Assembly (NCBI GenBank): GCA_963708185.1
Contig: OY970195.1
Location: forward strand, 704,001 to 768,000
Direction: 5' to 3'
DNA: 64,000 nucleotides
Source of the DNA: Candidatus Peregrinibacteria bacterium
GTDB lineage: Bacteria > Patescibacteriota > Gracilibacteria > UBA1369
Positions 1-9,922 of the stretch are shown here, piece after piece; positions within the stretch are counted from its first letter, which is position 1, and each line of letters opens with the position of its first letter. The notes beneath the pieces were generated by a model. It worked only from the letters and a program-made list of their open reading frames with translations. It searched no databases and had not been told where the DNA came from. The position numbers and the translations under genes were made by a program.

Positions 1-340
1 TCGCTTCCTGAAAGATGTTCTCGGCGAAAGGACGAAGCACGACTTTGGCCGCGCCTTTTTCAAAAGCGGTCTTCATGTCTTCAATGCTGTGAAAACTCGC
101 CTCAACCTGAACAGGAATTTTTACCGCAGCGGTAATCTTTTTTATGACACCGACCTGCATGTAATGGCCTTCCTTGCGGCTGTTAAGGTCCACGAGATGG
201 ATTTTTTTTGCGCCCTGTTTCTCGAAAAATCTGGCCATCTCCACGGGGCTTTTGAAGTAGGTCTCCATCTGCTCATAACTGCCTTTGTAGAGGGCGACGC
301 ACCGTCCGTTAAGAACATAAATTTCCGGAATGATCTCCAT
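1..340 (-). CDS. HisA/HisF-like TIM-barrel protein, degenerate active site (truncated by window edge)
   Basis: Not in ORF track. Manual translation from ATG at 340 gives MEIIPEIYVLNGRCVALYKGSYEQ...PVEMARFFEKQGAKKIHLVDLN...IPVQVEASFH, which follows the HisA N-terminal pattern. Confidence 0.75.
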   Translation of the reverse strand, partial: MEIIPEIYVLNGRCVALYKGSYEQMETYFKSPVEMARFFEKQGAKKIHLVDLNSRKEGHYMQVGVIKKITAAVKIPVQVEASFHSIEDMKTAFEKGAAKVVLRPFAENIFQEA

Positions 341-352
341 ATCTGGCGTCAG

Positions 353-1436
353 TTATTGAACCTGAAATGCATGATGTCTCCATCTTTGACGACGTACTCC
401 TTTCCTTCGGTGCGCATGAAACCTTTTTCTTTCGCCGCCTGTTCGCTGCCGGCTTTGACGTAATCGTCGTAAGCGATGGTTTCCGCACAAATAAACCCTT
501 TTTCGAAGTCGGTGTGGATGACCCCCGCTGCTTGCGGGCCCTTGTCACCAAGGTGAATGGTCCAGGCGCGAACCTCCTTGGCCCGGCCGTGAAATACGTG
601 ATGAGACCGAGCGTTTCGTACGCCGCCTGAATCAGTGCGTTCAGACCGGTTTCTTTGAGGCCGAGGTCCTGGAGGAACATTCTGGCTTCCTCGTCACTGA
701 GAGCTCCCAGCTCTTCCTCGATCTTCGCCGAAATGGGGATAACCTTCTGTTCAGGCTTGAGATTCAACGTTTTTTTGAAATTCCCGGCGTCAAAATTCTG
801 AATTTCGTTTTCACTGACATTGGCGATATAGAGAAGCGGCTTCGCGGTTAACAGGTGAAGATCCTCCATTTCAATCTTTTCTTCAGGAGTGAAATCGGAG
901 TCGATGATTTTTTTGCCCTCGGAGAGCATTTTTTCAACTTTTTCCACCAGCACGGCGTAAGCGGCCTTTTTCTTGTCGCCGGATTTTGCTTCATTCTTGG
1001 CTTTTGACAGACGTTTTTGCACAGTCTGCAGATCGGCGAGAATAAGTTCCGTTTCCAGGACTTCCATGTCCCGCTTGGGATCCACGTTGCCGTGAACGTG
1101 AATGACGTTCCCGTCACTGAAGACGCGGACTACCTGCGCTATAGCTTCGCATTCTCGAATATGGGCCAGGAACTGGTTGCCCAGACCTTCGCCTTCACTG
1201 GCTCCTTTGACCAGACCGGCAATGTCCACGAACTCGACGATGGCAGGAATGGTTTTTTCCGGCTTGACCAGTTCAACGAGTTTCTGGAGCCTTGCGTCCG
1301 GCACTTCGACGACGCCGACATTGGGATCAATGGTACAAAAGGGGTAGTTCGCCGCCATGGCGCTTTTTGATTTGGTCAGGGCGTTAAAGAGAGTGGACTT
1401 TCCAACGTTGGGAAGTCCGACGATACCAATTTTCAT
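353..1436 (-). CDS. ychF: Redox-regulated ATPase YchF (apparent 1-nt frameshift near 581)
   Basis: [23 protein letters not shown] and [10 protein letters not shown] motifs. The conserved C-terminus (KEVRAWT...[14 protein letters not shown]...[10 protein letters not shown]) continues in another frame after TYFTAGP. Confidence 0.95.
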
Positions 1437-1439
1437 AAG

Positions 1440-2363
1440 TTAAGGAGCGGTTAAGGAGATCGTGACGGAGTTGGGTTGAGAATCCGGGAGAGAAATCCCG
1501 TCGGGGAGGATGAGATTGGCTTTCACGGGAAGAGAAGAGTTCTTGAGCGTATCGAGGGAAACCGGTTCGGTCTGGATGCTGTCGAGCGCATTGATGTCTT
1601 CCGCTTTTCCCTGAATGATGATGGTTTCAGGTGTCACGACCATTTTTTTTGACATAACGGTGAGATCGATCGACCCCTGGAGGTCCGGTTTTACCAGGAC
1701 CGTTTTTTGCTGCATCTCTTGATTGATGGCTACTTCGACCGTGACCTGTTCCGGGTCCAGAGTCACGCTCTTGAGTGACGACACGGTATCGGGAAGCTTG
1801 AGCGTTATATTCTGTTTGTAGGTAGCGCTTTCATTTCCCGAAAGCTGAATTGGAGCGCTGATGGAAGTTATCCCTTCAAGCAAACTCTTGCCTCCGCTGA
1901 TTTTCACCGTGGCCGGTGAAACCTGGATATCGCCCACACTGTAGCCCTTTGCCGGATTCCCGCTGACTGTCGTCTTCACTTTCACCGATTTCTGCGTTAC
2001 CGGCTCAAGGACGACATGGACCGTTGAAGGTTCCGTCTTGAGGATCGTGACGTTGTCGTTTTTCGAAGTTGCCGACAGCGGAACGTCCTGTTCCCCTTCT
2101 TTGGCGTTCTTCAGGTCCACGGAAAGATCGAAATCGCTTTTGGAGAGGTTCTTGATGAGGCTCTGGTCCGCCCGGATGCGAATGGTGGCCTTGCCGAGAT
2201 CGCTGGACACGCTCATGTCCTGGGGCACGTTGATGGCGTGAATTTCGATCTGTTCTGGGAAACGATAGGAGTTGTTTTCGATGCCGACGACAAAAAACCA
2301 CAAAACAATGGCGGAGAGCAGCGCCAAAATTTTCAATTCCCAGTTTTTGAGAAATCCTTTCAT
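1440..2363 (-). CDS. cdaR: CdaR/YbbR-domain diadenylate cyclase regulator
   Basis: N-terminal TM (NWELKILALLSAIVLWFFV) and repeated YbbR-like beta domains. Overlaps the cdaA stop. Confidence 0.85.
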   Translation of the reverse strand: MKGFLKNWELKILALLSAIVLWFFVVGIENNSYRFPEQIEIHAINVPQDMSVSSDLGKATIRIRADQSLIKNLSKSDFDLSVDLKNAKEGEQDVPLSATSKNDNVTILKTEPSTVHVVLEPVTQKSVKVKTTVSGNPAKGYSVGDIQVSPATVKISGGKSLLEGITSISAPIQLSGNESATYKQNITLKLPDTVSSLKSVTLDPEQVTVEVAINQEMQQKTVLVKPDLQGSIDLTVMSKKMVVTPETIIIQGKAEDINALDSIQTEPVSLDTLKNSSLPVKANLILPDGISLPDSQPNSVTISLTAP

Positions 2364-3217
2364 GCTTTTTTCTTTTTATGCCGTTGAGGTTTCAGGAACT
2401 CGTTGAGTAATATCTGGAGACGTGCCAGTGAAATATTCTGATCCAGATGTCCGTTCTGTGCGTAGGAAATCGTCCCTTTCTCTTCGGAAATGACGATGAT
2501 TTTCGCATCGGTGTTCTCGGAAAGTCCGAGCGCCGCCTTATGACGCGTTCCCAAGACCTGGCTGTAGGTCTTGAAGGAGTGAGGAAGCACGCACGAAGCC
2601 GCGACGAGCACCCCGTCCTTGATGATAATGGCGCCGTCGTGGAGCGGAGACCGGTTCATGAAAATGCTCAGTATCAGTTCCTTGGAAATTTTCGCGTTCA
2701 AAGGAATACCGGTGTCGACGTATTCCTTGAGCGGGACGGAGTTTTCAAGCACGATAAGAGCGCCAATCTTATGCTTGCCCATGTAATCACAGGATTCCAC
2801 GATATTACTGATGAGGGCGTTGAGTTCTTTTTCCTTCTGGCTCAACGATATTTTGGTGTGACCGATCCTTTCCAACGCCATACGCAATTCCTGCTGGAAA
2901 ATAACGGGGATGGCGACGAGGACGACCGTAAAAAACCTGTCGAGAAGCCACCCTAAGGTCACAAGCTGGAGCGCCTTGCTGACGGCAAAAATAAATCCGA
3001 TGACAACAAGACCGATAAGGATATTGACCGCACGTGTCCCTTTGAGCAGGATAAAAATATAATAAAACAGGATCGAAACCAGGAGGATATCGATGATGAC
3101 CTGAGCCGGCGAAAAGTTGAGCAGGGTGAGATTATCCCAAAATCCCTGGGCTTCCTGTCCGATGAAGAGCACGGCTTCTGCGATCCATTTACTGAGTATA
3201 TCCATAAAAAAGCTCAC
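2360..3217 (-). CDS. cdaA: Diadenylate cyclase CdaA (DacA)
   Basis: Three N-terminal TMs, IFQQELR, SPLHDGA and GTRHKAALGLSE (RHR-like) motifs. Confidence 0.92.
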   Translation of the reverse strand: MSFFMDILSKWIAEAVLFIGQEAQGFWDNLTLLNFSPAQVIIDILLVSILFYYIFILLKGTRAVNILIGLVVIGFIFAVSKALQLVTLGWLLDRFFTVVLVAIPVIFQQELRMALERIGHTKISLSQKEKELNALISNIVESCDYMGKHKIGALIVLENSVPLKEYVDTGIPLNAKISKELILSIFMNRSPLHDGAIIIKDGVLVAASCVLPHSFKTYSQVLGTRHKAALGLSENTDAKIIVISEEKGTISYAQNGHLDQNISLARLQILLNEFLKPQRHKKKKA

Positions 3218-3296
3218 TGTAATGCGGTTACCAGTGTAGCGTGGCTACCAGACGAGAACAAGCTTATTATCGTGAAAAACGCCGGAAAATTTTTTC

Positions 3297-3326
3297 AAAA
3301 AACCCCCGTTTGGTCCGGGGGTTTTT
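3297..3326. terminator. Intrinsic terminator hairpin (bidirectional-looking)
   Basis: AAAAAACCCCCG-tttggtc-CGGGGGTTTTT. Confidence 0.7.
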
Positions 3327-3361
3327 GCTTGTGGCGTTTTTGATTTCTTTTCGCTCCGTTT

Positions 3362-4393
3362 TTAACGCAGTGATTTCTTGATCTTGTAGAGTTTTCTGCG
3401 GTTGAGGAAAAGCGTCAGTGCGAACATTCCCGCGTAAACGTAATCCTCAGGGCCAGAGCTGGCGAGTTTGCCCTTCGTCGGCATTTCCACCTGTGCGTTC
3501 TGGCCGTTCTGAGCCGCGACCATGTTCTGTTGTTCTGCTGCGGAAAGCGCGGTGCTGCCTTCGGCGCTGCTTGGTGCAGTGTTTGTCGTCGCAGGAGCGA
3601 CATTTCCGATATCACTGAGGCTAGCACTTAATGACTGAGCAGCTCCGTGAAGCTGGTCGGTTCCGGGAGCCGGTGCCGTGTTGATGAAAAGCTGTTCCGG
3701 GGGAGTTTGTTCAGCGGGAGTCTGATTCTGTGTTTCCGCCGGTGCCGAGGCTGCTTCCTGGGTAACGGCCTGATTCTGGATGTTGGCTGTTTCCGTTCCG
3801 GTCGTGAAGGAGGATCCTGCGCCAAAACCGCTCAAGACGTCATTCGGCTGAGTCTCCGAAGAAGGAGTGCCGACGATGAGGTAACCTTTCATCTGAGGAT
3901 AAAAACTCGAGTTATAGGTGAATGAACCTGAATCGTTGAAGGTGTAACTGTAAGTGTCGCCCTGGTTGAGCGTCGGGCTCGCAAAATTGTCTCCGACGAC
4001 ATTCTGTGGAACGGCGTCATTATTTGTCCAGACAACCGTCGTTCCCGGAGTGACGTTGAGGGTTGCGGGATTATAGGAATAGTTCTGGATGCTCACCTGT
4101 TGGGTCTCTCCGGCCTGCATCTGGCTCATAGCTTCGGTACCAGACATTGCCTGGGTATCCTGCATGGAACTCGATCCGAAAAGATCCGTCCTGACTTCCA
4201 CCGGTTCCTGGATCCAGTACGCGAGGTACGCGGCGAAACCGACGATAAGAAGCGCCGCCACGACCTTTACTTTCGTCCCTGTGGTGACTTCGTTTTCCCC
4301 TTCGTCCTGTTCGTCCCGCTCAGATGCTGAAGGGTCCACTTCCGACTGGTTTTGTTCTTCTCCCTTTTTGAAGAGTTTTTTCAGAAATTCCAT
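3362..4393 (-). CDS. Membrane-anchored cupredoxin/plastocyanin-like protein lacking most Cu ligands
   Basis: TM, then YNPATLNVTPGTTVVWTNND..., a low-complexity linker, and a C-terminal LASSGPE-hydrophobic-basic tail. Confidence 0.75.
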   Translation of the reverse strand: MEFLKKLFKKGEEQNQSEVDPSASERDEQDEGENEVTTGTKVKVVAALLIVGFAAYLAYWIQEPVEVRTDLFGSSSMQDTQAMSGTEAMSQMQAGETQQVSIQNYSYNPATLNVTPGTTVVWTNNDAVPQNVVGDNFASPTLNQGDTYSYTFNDSGSFTYNSSFYPQMKGYLIVGTPSSETQPNDVLSGFGAGSSFTTGTETANIQNQAVTQEAASAPAETQNQTPAEQTPPEQLFINTAPAPGTDQLHGAAQSLSASLSDIGNVAPATTNTAPSSAEGSTALSAAEQQNMVAAQNGQNAQVEMPTKGKLASSGPEDYVYAGMFALTLFLNRRKLYKIKKSLR

Positions 4394-4601
4394 AAGTTTT
4401 GGTGTTAATTTTTATTTTTGAAATCTTTTCATATTAGCACAATTTTGAGGTTTCTTGAAGTCGCTAACGGCTACGTAAAGCCAAATCCACTATCCAAATT
4501 TTAAAAATGTTTTTTAATTACGTTCATAAAGATTTTTTAGTGAGCTTGCTAGAATTTTTTGGAATTTTTTGTTATAATAAGAAGAATTTTTAATTTGCAT
4601 C

Positions 4602-7091
4602 ATGCCATTTTCTTCCATCCCGCCGATCGATCCAACAGAAATCAACAAAACCTCCGAGTACAAGCTTCCTGAACAGATCCCCATGATCCCCGTGAAGGAC
4701 CTCGTCGTTTTCCCTTCGATGGTCGTTTCGGTTTACGTCAAGAACGCGGATCTTATCGATGCCGCCCAGAAAGCGATGAAAGACAAAGAGCTTGTGGGTC
4801 TCATTACCGAGATCAATCCAATGAAACCCGTTCCTCCCGTCGACAATCTTTACAAAGTGGGGACCGCCTCGGCAGTGCTCCAGGTGATTAAAGGTACCGG
4901 AAACGATGCGATGGTTCTCGTCGAAGGCATCAATCGCGTTGGGATTCAGGAGTTCGTGGCGACCGCACCTTATTTAAAAGCAAGCGTGAAACTCATTCCC
5001 AAGGTCCGCGAGCCGAGCCTTGAAGACGAAGCCCTGATGCGTGACGTAAAAGAGCTCGTCGGAAAGGTTTCCAACGGCGGGAAGACACTGCCGCAGGAAC
5101 TTATCATGGGGCTTGATAACATCACCGACCCTGAAGAACTTGCCGATCTGGCTTCCTCGTATCTGACCCTGGAAGTGAAAAAGAAACAGGAACTGCTGGA
5201 AATGGACGATGTTGAAGCAAGGTTTAAGAAAATCATCGAATATTTGAACAAAGAACTCCTTCTTCAGGAAATCCGCAAAAAAATCCACAGCGACATCAAT
5301 AAAGAGGTGGATAAAACCGAACATGACTACCTCCTGCGCCAAGAAATGAAAGCCATCAAAAAGGAACTCGGCGAAAAGGACAAAGGCGGCATTCCAGGCA
5401 TGGAAGGTATGAGCAATGAAGAGGACATCAAAGAACTTCAGAAAAAAATCACCGCGGCCAAAATGCCCAAGGAAGTTGAAAAGATCACCAAAGGCGAACT
5501 GGAAAAACTCAAGAAAATTTTCCCTTTCTCTCCGGAATTCGGCGTGGCGCGAACCTACATCGAATGGCTGTGCGACATGCCCTGGAGCAAGAGCTCAAAA
5601 GCAAAGGTCGACGTTAAAAAAGCCAGAAAGATTCTCGACGAGGACCATTACGGTCTTCAGAAAATCAAGGAACGCATCCTGGAATATCTTTCGGTGTACC
5701 AGCTGAAAGGTTCTCCTGGAGCCACTATTTTGTGTTTTGTCGGCCCACCGGGCGTGGGAAAAACTTCACTCGGACGTTCCATTGCGAGAGCATTGGGAAG
5801 ATCGTTTATCCATACGTCGCTCGGAGGCATCCGCGATGAAGCCGACATCCGCGGACATCGCCGCACCTATGTGGGCGCTTTGCCCGGTCGCATTATCCAG
5901 AGCATCAAGCGGGCCCAGTTCAACGATCCCGTGTTCATGCTCGACGAGATCGACAAGATCGGACGTGACTTCCAGGGTGATCCGGCGGCGGCTCTTCTTG
6001 AAGCCCTGGATCCCGAACAGAACTTTGCCTTCACCGACCATTATCTCGATGTGCCTTTCAACCTGAGCAAGGTCCTCTTCCTCACGACCGCCAACATTCT
6101 CGACCCGATCCCTCCGGCATTGCTGGACCGCATGGAGATCATCGAACTTCCGGGCTACACCGAAGAGGAAAAACTCATCATCGCCCACAAATATCTTCTT
6201 CCCAAACAGCAAAAACTCAACGGCCTGGAAAAACACATGTTCACCATGACCGACGAGGCAGTGACCGAAATTGTCCGCTTCTACACTTTTGAAGCCGGGC
6301 TGCGAGAACTTGAACGGGAGATTGCTTCGATCTGCCGCAAGGTCGCCAAGAAAATGATCGAGACCAAAAAGATCACCAGGGAGGTTACCGTCCAGGACGT
6401 CCGCGGGTTCCTGGGCGTCGAAAAATTCGACTACGAAAAAGCCGAGGACAAAGACATGGTCGGCGTGGCTACCGGCCTGGCCTGGACGCCCGTCGGAGGC
6501 GACATCATTTTCATCGAAGCTGCCTTGATGAAAGGCAGCAAGAATTTGATTCTCACCGGCAATCTCGGCGACGTCATGGAGGAGTCTGCACGCACCGCTC
6601 TGAGTTTCATCCGCAGCAATGCCGCGCATTTCGGTATCAAGGAAGATATTTTTGAGAAACACGACATCCACATTCACGTTCCTGAGGGAGCGACGCCAAA
6701 GGATGGTCCTTCCGCGGGCATAACGATGTGTACGACGCTTGTTTCGCTCCTCACCAACCAGAAAGTCCACAGAAACGTCGCCATGACCGGGGAAATAACC
6801 CTGACCGGACGCATTCTGCCCATTGGAGGATTGAAAGAAAAAATCCTGGCGGCAAAACGCGCCCAGCTCAAGGACATCATCATTCCCGAACGCAATAAAA
6901 AAGATCTCGCCGATATTCCACCGCACCTTTTGAAGGGCATGACGATCCATTGCGCCAAGACCTTCGACGATGTCCTGAAGATCGCGCTGATCAAACAAAA
7001 AGAAAAAACTCCTCTCAAAATAAGCAAGAAAGTCATCACCGTATCGCCCAAAAAGAAGGTCGTGGCCAAGATCATTCCGCTTCCTTCGTAA
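4602..7091 (+). CDS. lon: ATP-dependent Lon protease
   Basis: GPPGVGKTS, RGHRRTYVGALPGRII, KDGPSAG (catalytic Ser) and IGGLKEK. Confidence 0.97.
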   Translation: MPFSSIPPIDPTEINKTSEYKLPEQIPMIPVKDLVVFPSMVVSVYVKNADLIDAAQKAMKDKELVGLITEINPMKPVPPVDNLYKVGTASAVLQVIKGTGNDAMVLVEGINRVGIQEFVATAPYLKASVKLIPKVREPSLEDEALMRDVKELVGKVSNGGKTLPQELIMGLDNITDPEELADLASSYLTLEVKKKQELLEMDDVEARFKKIIEYLNKELLLQEIRKKIHSDINKEVDKTEHDYLLRQEMKAIKKELGEKDKGGIPGMEGMSNEEDIKELQKKITAAKMPKEVEKITKGELEKLKKIFPFSPEFGVARTYIEWLCDMPWSKSSKAKVDVKKARKILDEDHYGLQKIKERILEYLSVYQLKGSPGATILCFVGPPGVGKTSLGRSIARALGRSFIHTSLGGIRDEADIRGHRRTYVGALPGRIIQSIKRAQFNDPVFMLDEIDKIGRDFQGDPAAALLEALDPEQNFAFTDHYLDVPFNLSKVLFLTTANILDPIPPALLDRMEIIELPGYTEEEKLIIAHKYLLPKQQKLNGLEKHMFTMTDEAVTEIVRFYTFEAGLRELEREIASICRKVAKKMIETKKITREVTVQDVRGFLGVEKFDYEKAEDKDMVGVATGLAWTPVGGDIIFIEAALMKGSKNLILTGNLGDVMEESARTALSFIRSNAAHFGIKEDIFEKHDIHIHVPEGATPKDGPSAGITMCTTLVSLLTNQKVHRNVAMTGEITLTGRILPIGGLKEKILAAKRAQLKDIIIPERNKKDLADIPPHLLKGMTIHCAKTFDDVLKIALIKQKEKTPLKISKKVITVSPKKKVVAKIIPLPS

Positions 7092-7108
7092 AGGTTTTTG
7101 AGATTTTC

Positions 7109-8374
7109 TCAGGTATCGATCACCAGCAATTTGATGGTGTTTTCAACGTCTTTGATGTTGTTGAAGTGGGGATAGACGAGGATGTGGTGGAGACGGCGCA
7201 GATTATAGAAAAGCAGACTGTGCATTTCGTTGTTGATGACGACCTTGGCTCCTTCGGATTTGAAAAAATTGGTGATGCCGATGAAATCGAACGTCCTGAA
7301 AGGGAACTCTTTGCTGGAGACGTCGGTTATTTTTCCGTCGGCGACGTCCACGAAAACGTAATAGCGCGTCTGTTCAAGCGTCGTGGCGATTTCCGATTTC
7401 AGGCCATTATCATTTTTCGTCGGGACGGCGACGCGGACTTTGTGAGTCTGCGGTACTTCAAAAAAGAGCGAAAAATCTTTAAGGTGCGTGCTCACTTTTG
7501 CAATTCTGTCCTTGAGGATATTGAGGTCATTGCGGATATCCTTGGTTTCCACATACGGATTGATTTCAATATAGGCTTCACCGAAAATAAACGTTCCGGC
7601 CCGGCGCATGCGGATGTTGTTGACCTTGCGGACAATCCTCGACTTGGTCATGATGATATTTTTCACTTTATCGATCAGTTCCTGGTCGTCGAAGTAATCC
7701 AGAAGGAAAAACAGCGATTCTTTTCCGCTTTCCAGGCCGACTTTCAGAATAAGCACGGAAAGGATGATGCCGATGGCGCCTTCCAGGTACGGGATCTTGA
7801 AATAACTCGCGGCGATGCCTGCGATCACCGCAACCTGTGAAATAAGATCGGAACGTTTTTCTTTTCCGCTGTTGACGAGCGAGAGCGAATTGATTTTTTT
7901 GCCCGTTTTGATGAGGTAATGGGAAAGGTGCAACGAAATGAGGATCGTCACGACCACCTGTCCGATCGCCAGCAAATGGTCATGGCTGGCTTCGAGCACA
8001 AACAACCGGTCCATGCTCTCCATCAGCACTTCGATACCGAGATAGATGATAAGGACGGAAGCCAGGAATGCGGCAAAGCTTTCCGTTTTGTAATATCCGT
8101 ACTTGAAGCCCTCGTCGGCACTGCGCTGGCTCATTCTGAGGCCGATGTAGCTGGCAAAAATCCCCAGCATATCGGAAAAACTGGAAAGAGCGTCGACGAT
8201 AAGGACGACGATGCCGGTGGTGTAGCCGACGATACCTTTGAGCAAGGCCAGGAGAGCTATTTCACCCATGGCGTAGAGCGCAATGGTCGCCCCCTGCTTG
8301 AGTTCGTCCATTCCCTGCCGGGGTTTGGCATCGTGCGCCTGAGCAATGGTTTGTTTTTTTGATTGTTGAGCCAT
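7109..8374 (-). CDS. Cation diffusion facilitator fused to a C-terminal NifB/NifX-like domain
   Basis: Six TMs, YGYYKTE, a dimerisation domain (RMRRAG), and a C-terminal RVAVPT...GLKSEIA...YYVFVDV segment. Confidence 0.8.
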   Translation of the reverse strand: MAQQSKKQTIAQAHDAKPRQGMDELKQGATIALYAMGEIALLALLKGIVGYTTGIVVLIVDALSSFSDMLGIFASYIGLRMSQRSADEGFKYGYYKTESFAAFLASVLIIYLGIEVLMESMDRLFVLEASHDHLLAIGQVVVTILISLHLSHYLIKTGKKINSLSLVNSGKEKRSDLISQVAVIAGIAASYFKIPYLEGAIGIILSVLILKVGLESGKESLFFLLDYFDDQELIDKVKNIIMTKSRIVRKVNNIRMRRAGTFIFGEAYIEINPYVETKDIRNDLNILKDRIAKVSTHLKDFSLFFEVPQTHKVRVAVPTKNDNGLKSEIATTLEQTRYYVFVDVADGKITDVSSKEFPFRTFDFIGITNFFKSEGAKVVINNEMHSLLFYNLRRLHHILVYPHFNNIKDVENTIKLLVIDT

Positions 8375-8442
8375 CTTTTTATTATACCATTTTTCTGGCC
8401 CCGGTGGTACACTTTGGGCGTATTTTTAGCTCTTTCAGGGAT

Positions 8443-8910
8443 ATGAAGGATCTTTTCGGAAGAGATGGTAAAAGACCGACGTTGGGCGCTGATTGCGTTA
8501 TTTTAAGCCGAGGAGATGATGGATGGCGGGTTTTGCTCGTGGAGCGCGGCCATGAGCCTTTTAAGGGCACATGGGCCCTGCCGGGAGGTTTCATGGAATG
8601 GGGCGAAAGCTGCGAGCAGGCGGCAGCGCGCGAACTGATGGAGGAAACGGCACTCAAAGACATCGACTTGAAGCTTTTGGGGGTGTTTTCCAAGCCGGGA
8701 AGAGATCCCCGCGGGACGATCGTTTCGGTCTCCTATATCGGCTTTGTGGATCCGGAGAAGGCAAAACATGCCAAAGGAGGCGACGATGCCGCGAAAGCCG
8801 AATGGTTTCCCTTGGTTCACAAGCCGCCTCTGGCCTTTGATCATGAGGATATTCTGGCCGCAGCCCAGGATGTTCTTGACGGGGATATTCCCGAAGGCTC
8901 CGAGGCTTAA
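8443..8910 (+). CDS. NUDIX hydrolase
   Basis: Nudix box GGFMEWGESCEQAAARELMEET, plus RDPR and GDDA. Confidence 0.92.
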   Translation: MKDLFGRDGKRPTLGADCVILSRGDDGWRVLLVERGHEPFKGTWALPGGFMEWGESCEQAAARELMEETALKDIDLKLLGVFSKPGRDPRGTIVSVSYIGFVDPEKAKHAKGGDDAAKAEWFPLVHKPPLAFDHEDILAAAQDVLDGDIPEGSEA

Positions 8911-8987
8911 CACTGGCAAAATAGTCCTTTTCTTTTGGAGTTTGGCGTGTTACCATCCTCCCCTCTTTTGCGTTTTATCGATTTTTC

Positions 8988-9509
8988 ATGAAAATCCTGA
9001 AACCAATCCTGACGTTGGCCCTCATGGTGGGTGCTGTGTACCTCCTCTACACGTTCCTGATTTTTCCGCTTTTTTCGCATTACGTGAAGGTGATCCACCT
9101 CGTTGACGCCGACACGCTGCTGGTGAAAGACGGCGACAAGATCATGCAGGTCCAGCTCATCGGAATTGATGCGCCCGAAAAAACCGGTCCGGCACATTCC
9201 CCGCAATGTTTCGATTCCCAGGCGCTTCATCTCACGGCTGAGGACTTTTTCTCCGACGGACAGGACGTGCGTCTGGTCCAGGACAATCTTCTCGGCGACA
9301 CCGACAACTACGGTCGTCACCTGCGTTACGTTTATCTGAAGAACGGCGACTTTCTCAATGAAAAAATGCTGGAGAACGGCCTGGGCATATTGTATACGGA
9401 TCCGAACAAGCCTTACCAGAAACAAAACCAACTGACCAAAGCCCAAGACGACGCACGTTCAAAAAACCTTGGAATCTGGGATCCACAAGGCTGTAACGGG
9501 CACTTCTAG
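8988..9509 (+). CDS. Thermonuclease (SNase-like), N-terminally anchored
   Basis: VDADT, LIGIDAPE, DNYGRHLRYV and LGIW motifs. Confidence 0.88.
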   Translation: MKILKPILTLALMVGAVYLLYTFLIFPLFSHYVKVIHLVDADTLLVKDGDKIMQVQLIGIDAPEKTGPAHSPQCFDSQALHLTAEDFFSDGQDVRLVQDNLLGDTDNYGRHLRYVYLKNGDFLNEKMLENGLGILYTDPNKPYQKQNQLTKAQDDARSKNLGIWDPQGCNGHF

Positions 9510-9532
9510 TTTTCATCTTTCCGTCCGAAAAA

Positions 9533-9570
9533 AGATTCAAAAATCCCTGTGCGACTGGAGCCGCACCGGG
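9533..9570 (-). terminator. Intrinsic terminator closing the putative ncRNA operon
   Basis: Minus strand CCCgGUGCGGC-UCCA-GUCGCACaGGG followed by AUUUUU. There is also a T-rich tract on the + side. Confidence 0.7.
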
Positions 9571-9596
9571 TAAATTTTTATTTTTGAATTATATTC

Positions 9597-9873
9597 AGAC
9601 CTCCCCCGTATCTTCATGGAAACTCATGATGCCAACCACAACAAGATGAAATGCTATGAACAATTACATGTGAGTGTCGTTGGACAAACGTTAGATACCT
9701 GTTCTTTTCATGACATCAAAACCCATCACAATAAAGACAAGCACGGGAACAATTCGCTGGGCGCTGTTGTTACCGACCATGAGATTCCGAGAAAATCGAG
9801 GGAGGGAGCTGTCTTGAGGACTGGGGGTCAAAAATAAGTGACCAATGCCCAGTCCGAAGACAGCTCTCTCCCG
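9597..9873 (-). ncRNA. Putative structured ncRNA unit 3
   Basis: 5' hairpin 9872-9800 (GGGAGAGAGCUGUC/GACAGCUCCCUCCC), CCCAG 9761-9757, UGAUGGG 9728-9722, long-range helix ~9804-9764 with ~9642-9601. Confidence 0.6.
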
Positions 9874-9922
9874 CTTTTCAACGGTACGTTCTTTCAAGGA
9901 TCATGACTGAAATTTCTTCAGT

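Noticed and set aside
4434-4467. CIRCE-like TTAGCAC...GCTAA upstream of lon
   Set aside because: The span is 34 bp rather than 27 and the inner bases do not match TTAGCACTC-N9-GAGTGCTAA.
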